DNA of 64,000 nt from Klebsormidium nitens (lineage: Eukaryota; Plantae; Klebsormidiophyceae), in contig DF236955.1 in NCBI GenBank assembly GCA_000708835.1, positions 124,001 through 188,000 of the forward strand, given 5' to 3'. The notes beneath the pieces are model-generated. The model was not told the DNA's origin. It saw only the letters and a list, made by a program, of their open reading frames with translations, and ran no database searches. Below are positions 62,696-64,000 of the stretch, in pieces. Numbering within the stretch: the stretch's first letter is position 1; each line of letters opens with the position of its first letter. Both the position numbers and the translations under genes were made by a program.

Positions 62696-63194
62696 CTGCA
62701 CCAGAAAGCAAATATCCTATTATCCTGTGACACCAAGAAAGGACTCTAGCAGCAGTGTGATCTGAAATCAAGCGTTGCTTTTGCCGCCCACCTTTGGCCT
62801 CCACAGAGTGGTCCTGTCAAGACCAAAACAGAAATGAAAGTCTTGAAATTCAAAGATAACAGGAGAAAGCAACCGCTTCCAATCCTTCTCCACAATGAGC
62901 TGCCCTGTGTGAGGGTTCAGCCCCCACACTGCAACTTGGATGGGGACAGCGAAGCCATGCCTTCACTATTCATAAGCTGCCACCCAACCAAGTGGCTTTA
63001 AACACTTTTGCGATGCGTATGTGACCCTGCATATGCTGAGCACATTCTGGCGAACCCAGCTCACAAGCAAGGGCTCCCGCATAACTCTTGTCAACCCTCG
63101 CCTCAGAAATCTCCCTATACTAACGAGAAGCGCAGCTCACACCTCTTTTGGTGCAAAAAAAGTTTTCACCTGAAACTTGCAAGTAACGAAAGAG

Positions 63195-63231
63195 GTATAT
63201 GCCCCTGCTCAGATGTATATGCCCCTGCTCA
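63195..63231 (+). repeat. 17-bp direct repeat, period 20
   Basis: gtatatgcccctgctca x2. Confidence 0.85.
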
Positions 63232-64000
63232 ACCCTAGACCTTGCCTGACAAAGCACGCGAGAGCAGCCCACGACTAACAAAAAGCTGACTTTGAAACCA
63301 CGGGACCACCCTGCTGAACATACGGTGAATGCTCGTCAAGAGCCAGGGCCATAAATTATATACAATTTTCAGATTGAAAGAGACGAACTACAACAGACGC
63401 CCTTTCAAAAGATGCTCAATGCTGGATCATCAAGCAAGGCAGCATAGATGCCACAACAAGGCAAGAGCGTGCTCTTTGCCATGCTGGGCTTGTGGACTGC
63501 TCTGAGCATTCTAGACAAAGACACCTGGAAAGCAGAGAAGACGACTGATATTGCGGCCGGAAACTAACAGAGTCACCTTATGGGTGTTTGTTATTAGGCT
63601 GACGTGCCAGTTGACAGGACTGGCATGCAACAGGGCGCGCGAAAACTGACCAAAGGACCACTACCGACTGCACAAACCTTGCATGATACGGCCTACTTTG
63701 GAAGCTTTAGGCCAACCTTATCCTGTGTACTTCACGCAATGCTGACCACACGCGGCTTTTGCAGCAACCTTTTCCAAGCCTGGCTTCAACTAGCATCCGG
63801 CAGGAACGATGCCAAGAGAGGTTGCGTTCAAGATCCATTACATCTGTGCTTCCTCACAAGACCCCAGTACCAAACCAGTAACGATTGCCAAGTCTCTATG
63901 AAAGCTCATCTAACATCCGAAAAGGGGCTCCATTGCCCAGCTGTTTAAAGCAGGAGGCCCTGCAGTAGTTCTGAGAGGCCTATCATCAACTCGCCTTGTG

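Noticed and set aside
60138-62730. Multiple 140-340 aa alternative-frame and antisense ORFs
   Set aside because: Frame shadows of the GC-rich U-box exons; only one frame splices consistently.
63000-64000. Candidate upstream exons of the U-box gene (for example acceptor-like ttccag near 63507)
   Set aside because: All frames close before a usable donor, so no phase-consistent exon is supported.

Overview
Eukaryotic, intron-rich (GT-AG), GC-rich nuclear DNA from a plant-lineage organism. The gene set (KAI2, TIC55, plastid GrpE, an At4g13200-like gene) and gene structure fit a streptophyte alga such as Klebsormidium (inference). I reconstructed 14 spliced gene models by hand. Twelve complete models have phase-consistent exons summing to a multiple of 3; one gene is 5'-incomplete and one orphan is doubtful. 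In order: At4g13200-like plastid protein (-), coiled-coil/SAND-like protein (+), three paralogous WWE-WWE-ADP-ribosyltransferase (PARP-like) genes (-,-,+), plastid class I SAM methyltransferase (-), KAI2 (+), plastid GrpE (+), orphan 2-TM gene (+), RMI2 (-; invisible in the ORF track), TIC55 (+), LTV1 (-), RPLP0 (+), U-box protein (-). The most interesting element is the 12-kb cluster of three diverged tandem-WWE/minimal-ART genes, with hypervariable catalytic loops, a shared GC splice donor and one mutated acceptor. Also notable are an array of duplicated splice acceptors in front of the last TIC55 exon, spanning an assembly gap, and unusual ligand-pocket residues in KAI2. No rRNA, tRNA, CRISPR array or recognisable transposase was seen. 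All homology calls are from memory of the families, not from database searches.
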